DNA of 64,000 bases from Candidatus Eiseniibacteriota bacterium (GTDB lineage Bacteria > Eisenbacteria > RBG-16-71-46 > CAVPCR01), in the NCBI GenBank assembly GCA_963823555.1, contig CAWGMA010000001.1, forward strand, positions 1,920,001 through 1,984,000. The letters are read 5' to 3'. Positions 39,748-48,893 of this stretch are shown here, in pieces (position 1 is the first letter of the stretch; the number at the start of each line of letters is the position of its first letter). Below the pieces are notes generated by a model. The model worked only from the letters and a program-made list of their open reading frames with translations. It was not told the DNA's origin and did no database searches. Made by a program: the position numbers and the translations under genes.

Positions 39748-42345
39748 CTAGCGCGGGATCCTCTGCACTTGCGCCGCGGGCGAGAGCTGGTCGGCCCGAA
39801 CCGTCTCCATGACACGGCTGGCCTCGCTCTGGCTCGAATACGGTCCGAGGAGAACGCGTTGCCACGTCCCCTTCCCCGGGATGTCGACGCTGACGATGAC
39901 ACCCTGATAGCCGAGAGCCTGATAGTTGCCCAGGTCCTCTTCCGCCTTGGCCAACGTGCGGAAGGAGCTGACATGAACGCCATAGGTTCCCGTGCCTCCC
40001 GGAACACGTGGGGCCACACTCGCATCCGCGCGAGTCTGCGGCGGGGCCACCTGCGGCCTGCTCTCGGCAGGACGGGTCACGGGCTCAGCCGCTCCAGCCG
40101 GGGCCGGCGCAGCCGCTGCCGGCTCCTGCGACACCGGCTCACTCGACCCCCCATCGCCACCGACGGCTGAGGTCACGGCATCGCCCGGAGGAGATGCCTC
40201 CTCACCCAGCTCGGATGCGGGTGGTGCGGTCGCGGGCGCCTCGGTGCTTGCCGGCTGCGGCAGCCGGCGCTCGAGGCGAATGACACCGCTCTTGTACGCC
40301 CAACCGAGGATCAGCAGGACGCCGATGAGCCCACCGATGACGAGGATGCGCCACGGGGTATGGTTCGGCCGCTCGACCACAACCTCCTCCCGCGGGATGA
40401 GCTCTTCCTCGAGCTCTTCGATGACTGGACCGACTCCTTCCGGTGCCTCGAGCACCGTGCTTGATGCTGCAGGCAGATCAGCGAAGGTCGGGGGCCACGG
40501 CGCGTCTTCCGCTTCCTTTTCCTTCTCCGATTCCTGAGAGTCGCCGCCAATCTCCGCGGCAGGTGGGCCGGAGACCTCGTGTGTGATCTCGCCCCAGACC
40601 GGTGCCGCCGCCTCGGGCTCCACCACCTCCGGCTCCGGCTCCCAGGCCGGTGCCGCCGCCTCGGGCTCCACCACCTCCGGCTCCGGCTCCCAGGCCGGTG
40701 CTGCCGCCTCGGGCTCCACCACCTCCGGCTCCGGCTCCCAGGCCGGTGCCGCCGCCTCGGGCTCCACCACCTCCGGCTCCGGCTCCCAGGCCGGTGCCGC
40801 CGCCTCGGGCTCCACCACCTCCGGCTCCAACTCCCAGGCCGGTGCCGCCGCCTCGGGCTCCACCACCTCCGGCTCCGGCTCCCAGGCCGGTGCCGCCGCC
40901 TCGGGCTCCACCACCTCCGGCTCCGGCTCCCAGGCCGGTGCTGCCGCCTCGGGCTCCACCACCTCCGGCTCCGGCTCCCAGGCCGACGCCGCCGCCTCGG
41001 GCTCCACCACCTCCGGCTCCGACTCCTTCTCGGAATCCTCCGGCTTCGGCTCTCCTGCAGGCTTCCCGGGTGCACTCCTGGTCAGGCGATCCCACGCCGC
41101 CTCGAACGAGCGCGCGAAATCCTCTCCCCCGAGGCTGGGGGGGCTCGCCGCAGCGCCACCCGTTCCCGTCCCGTCCCCTACAGCCTGAGCTTCTGCGCTC
41201 TCTTCACCGGGCTCAGCGGGCTTCGCGACATTCTCCACGGATTCCACGGAAGGCCCGGCGGGCGGCGGCGATGCCAGATCCTCGGGGGGCGAGGGGGGCC
41301 TGGACCTGGTCTGGCTTGCGAACGGGGTCACGCCGATGGGCGTGGCTCCGGGGCCTCGCAACCGCGCCACTTCGGCTGCCCACAGGGATGCTGCGGTCTC
41401 ATCCACTTCGCTGGTCTCGCGGATCACGACTTCCGCCTGGTCCTCCAGATCGAACCCAGGTACGCGATCCGCGGCCGACGAGGTCAGGAACTTGTCTGCC
41501 CAGTCGGCATCGAGCGCGGGGGGTGCGGCCCCCTGGGGCTCGGAATCCGCTTCGCTCGTGCGCTGCCCGGCGACCGATGCCTCTCCGGCCGGGGGCTGGA
41601 CCATGCGATCTGCGGTCAGCGGCCCCTCGGTCACGAGGCCGAGGATCGGGGCATCCATGTCCCACAGCGTGAGGTAGCTCCGGCGGATCGCATCGCGCGC
41701 CACGGCGTGGAGACCGTAGGCAATGATGATCGAATCGAGCCGGCGCGTGATCATGCTGAGGATCGCCGTCGGCAGTCCGCTCGTGGTAGTGATGAGCGTG
41801 AGGTCGGAATGCTGGCGCAGGGCGCCGAGCACCCTTTCCCATTCATCACCGTGAATCGGCTCCCCGGACCACGGATGCGACCCGGCCGTGATGATCCGGA
41901 CCCCGGAGATCCCGCTCTCCGCGGCCACGGCGGCGTAGGAGCAGCCGTAGAGCAGCATGTCGATGAGCCCCTCGCGCTGGCTGCGCGGAGCGTTGAGTGC
42001 CGGGTGCCGGAGCTCGGCTTCGACGATCGTCACGCTCCGCCCGCGCCTTGCCAGGCGCGCCGCCAGATTGGCCGCCAACCGGAAGCGCAGGGGATCCTCG
42101 TCGAGACCAAGGCAGGCAAGCAGCTTGAGCGGCATGTGCTCGGCCAGGAGGTCGATCCGCCCGATGATCGGATCGTAGGCCTCGCTCGCATCGACGAGGT
42201 CCATGATCGAGAACGGGGGGGCGATCTCGGACTCGGTGCGCGCCAGCGCGCCGAGCAAGGAGACGTTCAAGTCACCTGCCACCTGGGCAGGTGACTCGTA
42301 GTGGTCCGGCTCACCGCGTCCCATGGCCGGAAGGGGAGATTGCAT
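39748..42345 (-). CDS. Bitopic membrane protein: degenerate BY-kinase/MinD-like N-domain, acidic Pro-rich repeat linker, TM helix, periplasmic SPOR domain
   Basis: [15 protein letters not shown]...GLIDML...[25 protein letters not shown]-terminal YGVHVSSF...[13 protein letters not shown] pattern. Confidence 0.7.
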   Translation of the reverse strand: MQSPLPAMGRGEPDHYESPAQVAGDLNVSLLGALARTESEIAPPFSIMDLVDASEAYDPIIGRIDLLAEHMPLKLLACLGLDEDPLRFRLAANLAARLARRGRSVTIVEAELRHPALNAPRSQREGLIDMLLYGCSYAAVAAESGISGVRIITAGSHPWSGEPIHGDEWERVLGALRQHSDLTLITTTSGLPTAILSMITRRLDSIIIAYGLHAVARDAIRRSYLTLWDMDAPILGLVTEGPLTADRMVQPPAGEASVAGQRTSEADSEPQGAAPPALDADWADKFLTSSAADRVPGFDLEDQAEVVIRETSEVDETAASLWAAEVARLRGPGATPIGVTPFASQTRSRPPSPPEDLASPPPAGPSVESVENVAKPAEPGEESAEAQAVGDGTGTGGAAASPPSLGGEDFARSFEAAWDRLTRSAPGKPAGEPKPEDSEKESEPEVVEPEAAASAWEPEPEVVEPEAAAPAWEPEPEVVEPEAAAPAWEPEPEVVEPEAAAPAWELEPEVVEPEAAAPAWEPEPEVVEPEAAAPAWEPEPEVVEPEAAAPAWEPEPEVVEPEAAAPAWEPEPEVVEPEAAAPVWGEITHEVSGPPAAEIGGDSQESEKEKEAEDAPWPPTFADLPAASSTVLEAPEGVGPVIEELEEELIPREEVVVERPNHTPWRILVIGGLIGVLLILGWAYKSGVIRLERRLPQPASTEAPATAPPASELGEEASPPGDAVTSAVGGDGGSSEPVSQEPAAAAPAPAGAAEPVTRPAESRPQVAPPQTRADASVAPRVPGGTGTYGVHVSSFRTLAKAEEDLGNYQALGYQGVIVSVDIPGKGTWQRVLLGPYSSQSEASRVMETVRADQLSPAAQVQRIPR
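40594..41025 (-). repeat. In-frame tandem repeat, 9 x 48 bp ([16 protein letters not shown])
   Basis: Nine near-identical 48-bp units counted directly, with no spacers. Confidence 0.95.
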
Positions 42346-42477
42346 CCTGACTCCTGCTCGTCATGACCATAACCAAGTGAAGACCGTCGGCTCGCCCCGG
42401 CGACCTGCAAGCAACCGCTCCCACGATGCTCGCGGGGCCGCCGATCGCAGCCGTGATCTGCCGTCTCCCACCACCAC

Positions 42478-43914
42478 CTATTTCCCCATATCACAAAGAT
42501 CGGTCGCCAGGTCGTCTAACTTGGGCTTCACGGTCAAAGCACCCACAATCAGCTCGGCATCGCCCGGAAGAAGGGTCCGGACATCGAGGAGAAGTTGTCC
42601 CCCTTCGATACGTCCAAGCACGGCCGGATGGCCGCACCTCAGGCCGGTCTCCAGATCCTCCACGCTCCCCGCACCGGGACGCGGGCTCAAGCCGACGGCG
42701 ACCGATGGGATCGCCGCCATCGGCAGGGCGCCGCCACCTACCCGGCTCGTCGTCTCCACCACGCCCACTTCGAGATCGGCCCGAACGGCCGTGATGGCCG
42801 CGGCCAGCGCCGCCGCCTCCGCCCCGAGATCCTCCTTCGAACGCGCCAGCAGCCTCAGAGTCGGAATCTCCACCCACGCGCGCTCGGGCTCCAGATAGGC
42901 GCGGAGCGTCGCCTCGAGGGCTGCGATCGAGAACTTGTCGAGGCGCATGGCGCGTGCCATCGGATCCCGCGCGAGGCGGCGGATGAGCGATGCCGATCCG
43001 ACCATGATGCCCGCCTGCGGCCCTCCGAGCAGCTTATCACCCGAGAACATGACGATGTCGGCCCCGCATGCAAGGCTGTCCCCGACGGTTGGTTCGTGAC
43101 CGATCCGAACTCCCAGGGCAACCAGTGCTCCGCTTCCCAGATCATGGGCGACTTGGAGCCCACGCGACCGGCCGAGAGCGACGAGCTCGGCCAGTCCCGC
43201 CTCGGCAGTGAACCCGTCCATGACGAAGTTCGAGCGATGGACCTTCAAGATGAGCCCGGTGCTGGGTCCAATCGCCTTCGCGTAGTCTTCCAGGTGCGTC
43301 TTGTTGGTCGTTCCAACCTCCCTGAGCCGGGCCCCAGACCGCGCCATGATATCGGGGAGACGGAACGAGCCGCCGATCTCGATGAGCTCTCCGCGGGAAA
43401 CCAGGACCTCGCGACCTGACGCGAGCCCCCCCAGCGTGAGCAACACGGCCGCCGCGCAGTTGTTGACGGCAAGCGCGTCCTCCGCGCCGGTGATCTCGAT
43501 CAGGAGATCGCGGATGGTGTCGAGCCGCGATCCGCGTTCACCCCGCTCGAGGTCGAACTCGAGGGTCGAGTACCGGGCCGCCGCATCGTGCACCGCCTTC
43601 TGCGCCATCTCGGAGAGCACCGACCTGCCGAGATTGGTGTGAATCACGACACCCGCCCCGTTGATGACGGGCCTGAGCCCCCGGCTGGCCAGCATCCGGG
43701 CCCGGGCGGCGGCGCGTGCGGCCAGACGATCGACGTCGAGCACCGCCGCGGCCTGGCGGTCTGTCTCCGATTCGCGGGCCAGATGCTCCCGCGCCCAGGC
43801 CAGCACTTCACGAGCCGCTCGCCGCCTGAGGGCGCGGGGAGCGTCCACGTGAACAAGATCGGGATGGGTTAGCAGGGCCTCGACGGCCGGCAGCTGACGA
43901 CGCCGGTCCGGCAT
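42478..43914 (-). CDS. selA: L-seryl-tRNA(Sec) selenium transferase
   Basis: VINGAGVVIHTNLGR, VNNCAAA, SRGELIEIGGSFR, HRSNF and FSGDKLLGGPQAG (PLP lysine). Confidence 0.95.
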   Translation of the reverse strand: MPDRRRQLPAVEALLTHPDLVHVDAPRALRRRAAREVLAWAREHLARESETDRQAAAVLDVDRLAARAAARARMLASRGLRPVINGAGVVIHTNLGRSVLSEMAQKAVHDAAARYSTLEFDLERGERGSRLDTIRDLLIEITGAEDALAVNNCAAAVLLTLGGLASGREVLVSRGELIEIGGSFRLPDIMARSGARLREVGTTNKTHLEDYAKAIGPSTGLILKVHRSNFVMDGFTAEAGLAELVALGRSRGLQVAHDLGSGALVALGVRIGHEPTVGDSLACGADIVMFSGDKLLGGPQAGIMVGSASLIRRLARDPMARAMRLDKFSIAALEATLRAYLEPERAWVEIPTLRLLARSKEDLGAEAAALAAAITAVRADLEVGVVETTSRVGGGALPMAAIPSVAVGLSPRPGAGSVEDLETGLRCGHPAVLGRIEGGQLLLDVRTLLPGDAELIVGALTVKPKLDDLATDLCDMGK

Positions 43915-44076
43915 GCATGATCTCTTGACCCGCGGTCCGCTCTCCCGGCCGGCAACCACGGGTAGCTGGGCGAGAGTCTGTTCCGCGCAAGCGGCGTCGA
44001 AACTCCCGTGTTTCACGGATACGGATCCGGGAGGGGCGGGGCACTCACACCTTGCACTCGCGGGGCCGGGATACGA

Positions 44077-44802
44077 TCACCCTCCGAGGTAGGCGCTCTT
44101 GACCTCCTCGTTGGCGAGGAGGTTCTCCCGGGTATCGGACAGGACGATGCTACCTGTCTCCATGACATAGCCGCGATCCGCGACGCCAAGGGCCATGTGC
44201 GCATTCTGCTCGACAAGGAGAATGGTGACTCCCTGGCGACTGATCTCGGCAACTGTCCGGAATATCTCACGGACGAGGATCGGTGCCAACCCCAAAGAGG
44301 GCTCATCCAGGAGCAAGAGGCGGGGACGCGACATGAGTCCGCGGGCGATGGCGAGCATCTGCTGCTCACCCCCGGACAGGGTTCCCGCACTCTGCCGCGC
44401 CCGCTCCCTGAGCCGCGGGAAGACGGTGAACATGCGCTCGAGATCCTCCCGGATCTGGGCCCGGTCGTGACGGAGATAGGCGCCGAGCTCGAGATTGTCC
44501 CTGACACTCAAGTTGGCGAAGACGATCCGGCCCTCGGGAACCTGGGAGATGCCGAGACCGACAATGCGGTGGGCCGGGAGGCGGGTGAGCTCCCGACCGT
44601 CGAAACGGATCGAGCCCTGGCGGGCGGGTTCCAGACCGGAAATCGCCCGCAAGAGAGTGCTCTTGCCCGCACCGTTGGCACCGATCAGGGTCACGACCTC
44701 ACCGCAGGCCACGTCCAGGGAGACACCCCGGAGCGCCTGCACGGCGCCATAGTAGACATCCAGGTCGCGGACTTCGAAGAGCGGCGCCCGGGGACTGCTC
44801 AC
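44077..44802 (-). CDS. livF: Branched-chain amino acid ABC transporter ATP-binding protein
   Basis: GANGAGKST, LSGGEQQMLA and DEPSLGLAP motifs. Confidence 0.93.
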   Translation of the reverse strand: MSSPRAPLFEVRDLDVYYGAVQALRGVSLDVACGEVVTLIGANGAGKSTLLRAISGLEPARQGSIRFDGRELTRLPAHRIVGLGISQVPEGRIVFANLSVRDNLELGAYLRHDRAQIREDLERMFTVFPRLRERARQSAGTLSGGEQQMLAIARGLMSRPRLLLLDEPSLGLAPILVREIFRTVAEISRQGVTILLVEQNAHMALGVADRGYVMETGSIVLSDTRENLLANEEVKSAYLGG

Positions 44803-45572
44803 TCGCGCTTCACCTCCTCACCCAGGTAAGCCTCGATCACCTTGGGATGCTGGCGAATCTCCTCGGGCTGCCCGGTGGCGATCTGGCGACCGTAGTCGAG
44901 AACGCTGATCCGCTCGCAGATCCCCATGACGACGCGCATGTCGTGTTCGATGAGGAGAACCGTCATGTCATAGCGATCACGGATCCAGCGGATCAGATCC
45001 ATCAGCGATTCCGACTCCGTGGTGTTGAGCCCGGCCGCTGGCTCATCGAGGAGCAGCAGCCTGGGGCCGGTCGCCAGCGCCCGGGCGATCTCCAGTCGGC
45101 GTTGCTCCCCGTAGGGCAACTCGCTGGCCCGCCGCTCCGCCACCGCCTCGAGGTGGAATTCGCCGAGCAGCTCCCGCGCCGAGGCGGCGATCTCGGCCTC
45201 GGCGCGCCGGGCGGAACCGCTTCCCAGAATGGAAGCGGACAGACGCGGCTTGTGCTTGGTGTGCAACGCCGTGCGCACGTTGTCGAACACGGTCATGCTG
45301 CGGAAGAGGCGTGACGTCTGGAAGGTCCGGGCCACACCGCTGCCTGAGATGCGGTGGGCCGGACGCCCGCTGATGACCGAACCTCCGAGCCGGATCGTGC
45401 CCTCGGTCGGCGCGTAGACCCCCGTGATGAGATTGAAGACAGTGGTCTTTCCGGCGCCGTTGGGACCAATGAGCCCGAAGAGCTCACCCTTCTCCACGGA
45501 CAGCTCGAGTGAATCGACCGCCTTGAGACCGCCGAAGCAGTGAGTCACTCGATCGAGGATCAGGAGCGCCAT
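44799..45572 (-). CDS. livG: Branched-chain amino acid ABC transporter ATP-binding protein
   Basis: GPNGAGKTT, LPYGEQRRLEIARAL and DEPAAG motifs. Confidence 0.93.
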   Translation of the reverse strand: MALLILDRVTHCFGGLKAVDSLELSVEKGELFGLIGPNGAGKTTVFNLITGVYAPTEGTIRLGGSVISGRPAHRISGSGVARTFQTSRLFRSMTVFDNVRTALHTKHKPRLSASILGSGSARRAEAEIAASARELLGEFHLEAVAERRASELPYGEQRRLEIARALATGPRLLLLDEPAAGLNTTESESLMDLIRWIRDRYDMTVLLIEHDMRVVMGICERISVLDYGRQIATGQPEEIRQHPKVIEAYLGEEVKRE

Positions 45573-45576
45573 TCCC

Positions 45577-46581
45577 CTACTCCGCCGGTCTCGGCGCCGC
45601 TCCCCGCCCCCGCAGGCGGGCGAGGAGGGCGCGGGGATCCAGCTCGCGCATCCCCATGAGGCCCTGGGGACGGGAGATCATGAGCAGGATGAGGAGGAAG
45701 GAATAGAGGACCATGCGGTAGTCCTTGACGGGGCGGAGCACCTCGGGCAGCAGGGTGAGGATGATCGCCGCCATGATCGAGCCCGTGATCGAACCCATCC
45801 CGCCCAGCACGACCATGATCACGATCTCGATCGACTTGATGAAGGTGAAGCTGTTCGTATGCACGTAGGCCAGATAATGCGCGAACAGGCCGCCCGCCAC
45901 TCCGGCGAAGAAAGCGCCGACGACGAACGCGATCACCTTGTAACGAGTCGTATCGATGCCCAGGGCTTCAGCCGCAATCTCGTCCTCGCGTACGGAGATG
46001 AAGGCTCGGCCGTGCGTCGAGTGCACCACGTTCCAGACGACCGCGATGGTGACTGCGGTCCAGAGCAGGACCCAGGTCAGATTCGACCATGAGGGAATAT
46101 CCGAGAACCCGCGAGCAGCACCGACCGCCTCGATGTTGAGGATGATGACGCGAATGATCTCACCGAAGCCCAGGGTCACGATGGCCAGGTAATCGCCGCG
46201 GAGCCTCAAGCTCGGAAGTCCCACCAGGAACCCGACCACGGCGGCAACGATCCCCCCCAGGAAAAGCGCCGCCAGAAAGAGCGCCGCCACCGCCAGGAAC
46301 TCCGGCACCCCCCACGTGGTCAGGGCCGCCGACCAGTCACGGGCCAGGTAGAAGGTGAAGGCTGCGGATACGTAGGCGCCCACCGCCATGAACCCGGCGT
46401 GCCCCAGCGAGAACTGCCCGGTGAATCCATTGATCAGGTTGAGCGAGACCGCAAGGATGATGTTGACGCCGCAGAGCGTGATGATCTGCAGCACGTACGG
46501 ATTGACGACCTCGGGCAGGAGGCGACCCACGGCGAAGATCGCCACCGCCATCACCGTGAGGCCCAGGAGCCGCTTCCCCAT
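45577..46581 (-). CDS. livM: Branched-chain amino acid ABC transporter permease
   Basis: GQFSLGHAGF, LRLRGDYLAIVTLGF and VREDEIAA motifs. Confidence 0.92.
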   Translation of the reverse strand: MGKRLLGLTVMAVAIFAVGRLLPEVVNPYVLQIITLCGVNIILAVSLNLINGFTGQFSLGHAGFMAVGAYVSAAFTFYLARDWSAALTTWGVPEFLAVAALFLAALFLGGIVAAVVGFLVGLPSLRLRGDYLAIVTLGFGEIIRVIILNIEAVGAARGFSDIPSWSNLTWVLLWTAVTIAVVWNVVHSTHGRAFISVREDEIAAEALGIDTTRYKVIAFVVGAFFAGVAGGLFAHYLAYVHTNSFTFIKSIEIVIMVVLGGMGSITGSIMAAIILTLLPEVLRPVKDYRMVLYSFLLILLMISRPQGLMGMRELDPRALLARLRGRGAAPRPAE

Positions 46582-47480
46582 CACACCTTCTCCACGTCGG
46601 GCTTGCCGAGGATGCCGCCAGGCTTGAAGAGCAAGATCAAGATGAGGATGGCGAACGCGATCGCGTCCCGGTACGTGGGGGCCAGATAGCCGACCACCAT
46701 GGTCTCGGCGATCCCCATGACGAGGCCGCCCACCATGGCACCAGGAATGTTGCCGATACCCCCGAGCACGGCCGCCACGAAGGCCTTGAGGCCCGGAATG
46801 AGTCCCATCAGGGGATCGACCCGCGGCAGGTAGAGCCCGACCAGAACACCCGCGGCAGCGGCCAGGGCCGAGCCGATGGCGAAGGTGAAGGCGATGACCG
46901 AGTCGGTCGGAATGCCCATCAGCTTTGCCGCATCCGCCGAGAAGGAGACGGCACGCATGGCCTTCCCCACCCGCGTGCGGTGCACGATGACCTGGAGCAA
47001 TCCCATCAAGGCGATGGATACGCCGAGCACGAGGAGCTGGTGGCTGCCGAAGACGATGGATCCGATCTGGACCTTGGTGCTGCGGATGATCTCGGGAAAT
47101 GCCCGCGGGCGGGCGCCGAAGATGACATTGCCCAGGTTCTCGAGCAGGAGAGAGACCCCGATCGCCGTGATCAACGAGACCAGTCGGGGCTGACGGCGGA
47201 CCGGGCGGTAAGCAGCCCGCTCGATGATGATCCCGAGCAGAGCGCACACCACCATGGCGATCAGAAGGACGAGGAGCGCCTTGGGAACCGAGGGGGTCAG
47301 ATCAGCGCCGATCCAACCGGCGGCGAAGAGAGCCGTGTAGGCGCCCACCATGATCACGTCCCCGTGGGCGAAATTGATGAGCCGGAGGACGCCGTAGACC
47401 ATGGTGTAGCCGAGGGCGATCAGGGCGTAGATCGACCCCCAGGCAATACCGTTGACGAGCTGCTGGAGGAACTCCTGCAC
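46581..47480 (-). CDS. livH: Branched-chain amino acid ABC transporter permease
   Basis: YALIALGYTMVYG, INFAHGD and KAFVAAVLGGIG motifs. Confidence 0.93.
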   Translation of the reverse strand: MQEFLQQLVNGIAWGSIYALIALGYTMVYGVLRLINFAHGDVIMVGAYTALFAAGWIGADLTPSVPKALLVLLIAMVVCALLGIIIERAAYRPVRRQPRLVSLITAIGVSLLLENLGNVIFGARPRAFPEIIRSTKVQIGSIVFGSHQLLVLGVSIALMGLLQVIVHRTRVGKAMRAVSFSADAAKLMGIPTDSVIAFTFAIGSALAAAAGVLVGLYLPRVDPLMGLIPGLKAFVAAVLGGIGNIPGAMVGGLVMGIAETMVVGYLAPTYRDAIAFAILILILLFKPGGILGKPDVEKV

Positions 47481-47523
47481 CGGATATCCGCCGGGCTGGC
47501 CCGAACCGCCTTTCTGGTCTTAT

Positions 47524-48798
47524 CTAGGGTTCAATCGTGGTCACGTACTTGTAGCCGCTCGGCTCGACCGCAAGAACCACCGCCGACTTGACCGCGTTTC
47601 GATTCTCGTCAATCGAGATACGGCCAGTGACGCCGACCAGATCCTTGACTTCCGCCAGCCGGTCGCGGAGCTTGGCTCGCGCCGCCGCCCGCGCCTGAGC
47701 CTTGCCTCCGGCCGGGGCCGGTCCGGCCAGATGCGCGAAGGCCTCGGGGTCCTCGGCGGCGAGTTGCCGGAGACCCGTGACCAGGAGCTGGGCCGCATCG
47801 TATCCGAGCGCCGCCAGGGCGTCCGGCCTGTCCCCGAAACGCGCCGCGAAGGACTGGACGAAGTTCTGCACGTTCGGACTCTGATCCTCGGTCGAGTAGT
47901 GGTTGGAGAAGAACGTGTTGGCGACCGCGTCACCCCCGAGCTTGGTGAGGTCCGGAGAGTCCCATCCATCACCGCCGAGGAGCGGGACCGTGAGGCCCAT
48001 CTCCCGGGCCTGCCGGATGATGAGGCCAACATCGTTGTAGTAGCCGGGCACGAAGATGGCCTCGGGATTCGTTCCGCGCAGGGCGGTGAGCTGCGGGCGG
48101 AAATCGGTGTCCCCCTGGCTGTAGGACTGGTCGCCGACAATCTCACCACCCAGCTCGGTGAAGGTCTTGATGAAGAAGTCGGCGAGACCCATCGAATAGT
48201 CGCTCCGCACGTCACGCAGGATGGCGGCCCGGCGCACCCCCTTGTTCTCGTAGGCGAAGCGGGCCATCACCGTTCCCTGAAAGGGGTCGATGAAGCAGAC
48301 ACGGAAGATGTAGTCTCCGGTCTCGGTCACCTTGGGGTTGGTGGAGGACGGGGTGATCATCGGGACCTTGGCTTCCTGACAGATGGGGGCGGCGGCAAGT
48401 GAGTTCGAACTCGGGATATCGCCCAGAACCGCGATGACGCCATCCTGGCTGATGAGCTTGCGCACGACCGTGGCCGCCTCCTCGGGCCGACTCTGGTCGT
48501 CCTCGATGGTCACCTTGAGTTGCATGCCGCCGATCCCGCCGGCCGAGTTGACTTCGTCGACGGCCATCAGGATCCCGTCTCTCGTCGATTGCCCGAAGGT
48601 AGCGGTGTTCCCGGTGAGACCCATGTAACCGCCCACATAGATCTCGTTCTGCTCACCTCCCCCGCCACAACCGTGAATCGCCACGAGGCCGGCGAATGCG
48701 AGGGCCAGGGACAAGAGGCGATCAGCTCTACTGATTCCAGACCGCGCGGAGGAGCGGCGGTGGGTGAGAACGACATGAGGGCGGCTGAGGGGGGCCAT
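47524..48798 (-). CDS. Branched-chain amino acid ABC transporter substrate-binding lipoprotein (LivK/LivJ family)
   Basis: Lipobox-like AIHGC; RVCFIDPFQG and GGDGWDS motifs; first gene of the liv operon. Confidence 0.9.
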   Translation of the reverse strand: MAPLSRPHVVLTHRRSSARSGISRADRLLSLALAFAGLVAIHGCGGGGEQNEIYVGGYMGLTGNTATFGQSTRDGILMAVDEVNSAGGIGGMQLKVTIEDDQSRPEEAATVVRKLISQDGVIAVLGDIPSSNSLAAAPICQEAKVPMITPSSTNPKVTETGDYIFRVCFIDPFQGTVMARFAYENKGVRRAAILRDVRSDYSMGLADFFIKTFTELGGEIVGDQSYSQGDTDFRPQLTALRGTNPEAIFVPGYYNDVGLIIRQAREMGLTVPLLGGDGWDSPDLTKLGGDAVANTFFSNHYSTEDQSPNVQNFVQSFAARFGDRPDALAALGYDAAQLLVTGLRQLAAEDPEAFAHLAGPAPAGGKAQARAAARAKLRDRLAEVKDLVGVTGRISIDENRNAVKSAVVLAVEPSGYKYVTTIEP

Positions 48799-48893
48799 GG
48801 ACTTACCTCCCGAGGCTCGAATATCGACCAACTCTTTCTATGACAAGCAAAAGCGGCTGCAATCTAGCATGGGGCAACGAAAGGGGTCAACTC

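Noticed and set aside
40594..41025. Regular repeat array resembling CRISPR
   Set aside because: The units are contiguous with no unique spacers, are a multiple of 3 inside an ORF, and no cas genes are present.
43915..44076. Possible tRNA-Sec next to selA
   Set aside because: No UCA anticodon arm or cloverleaf was found on either strand.
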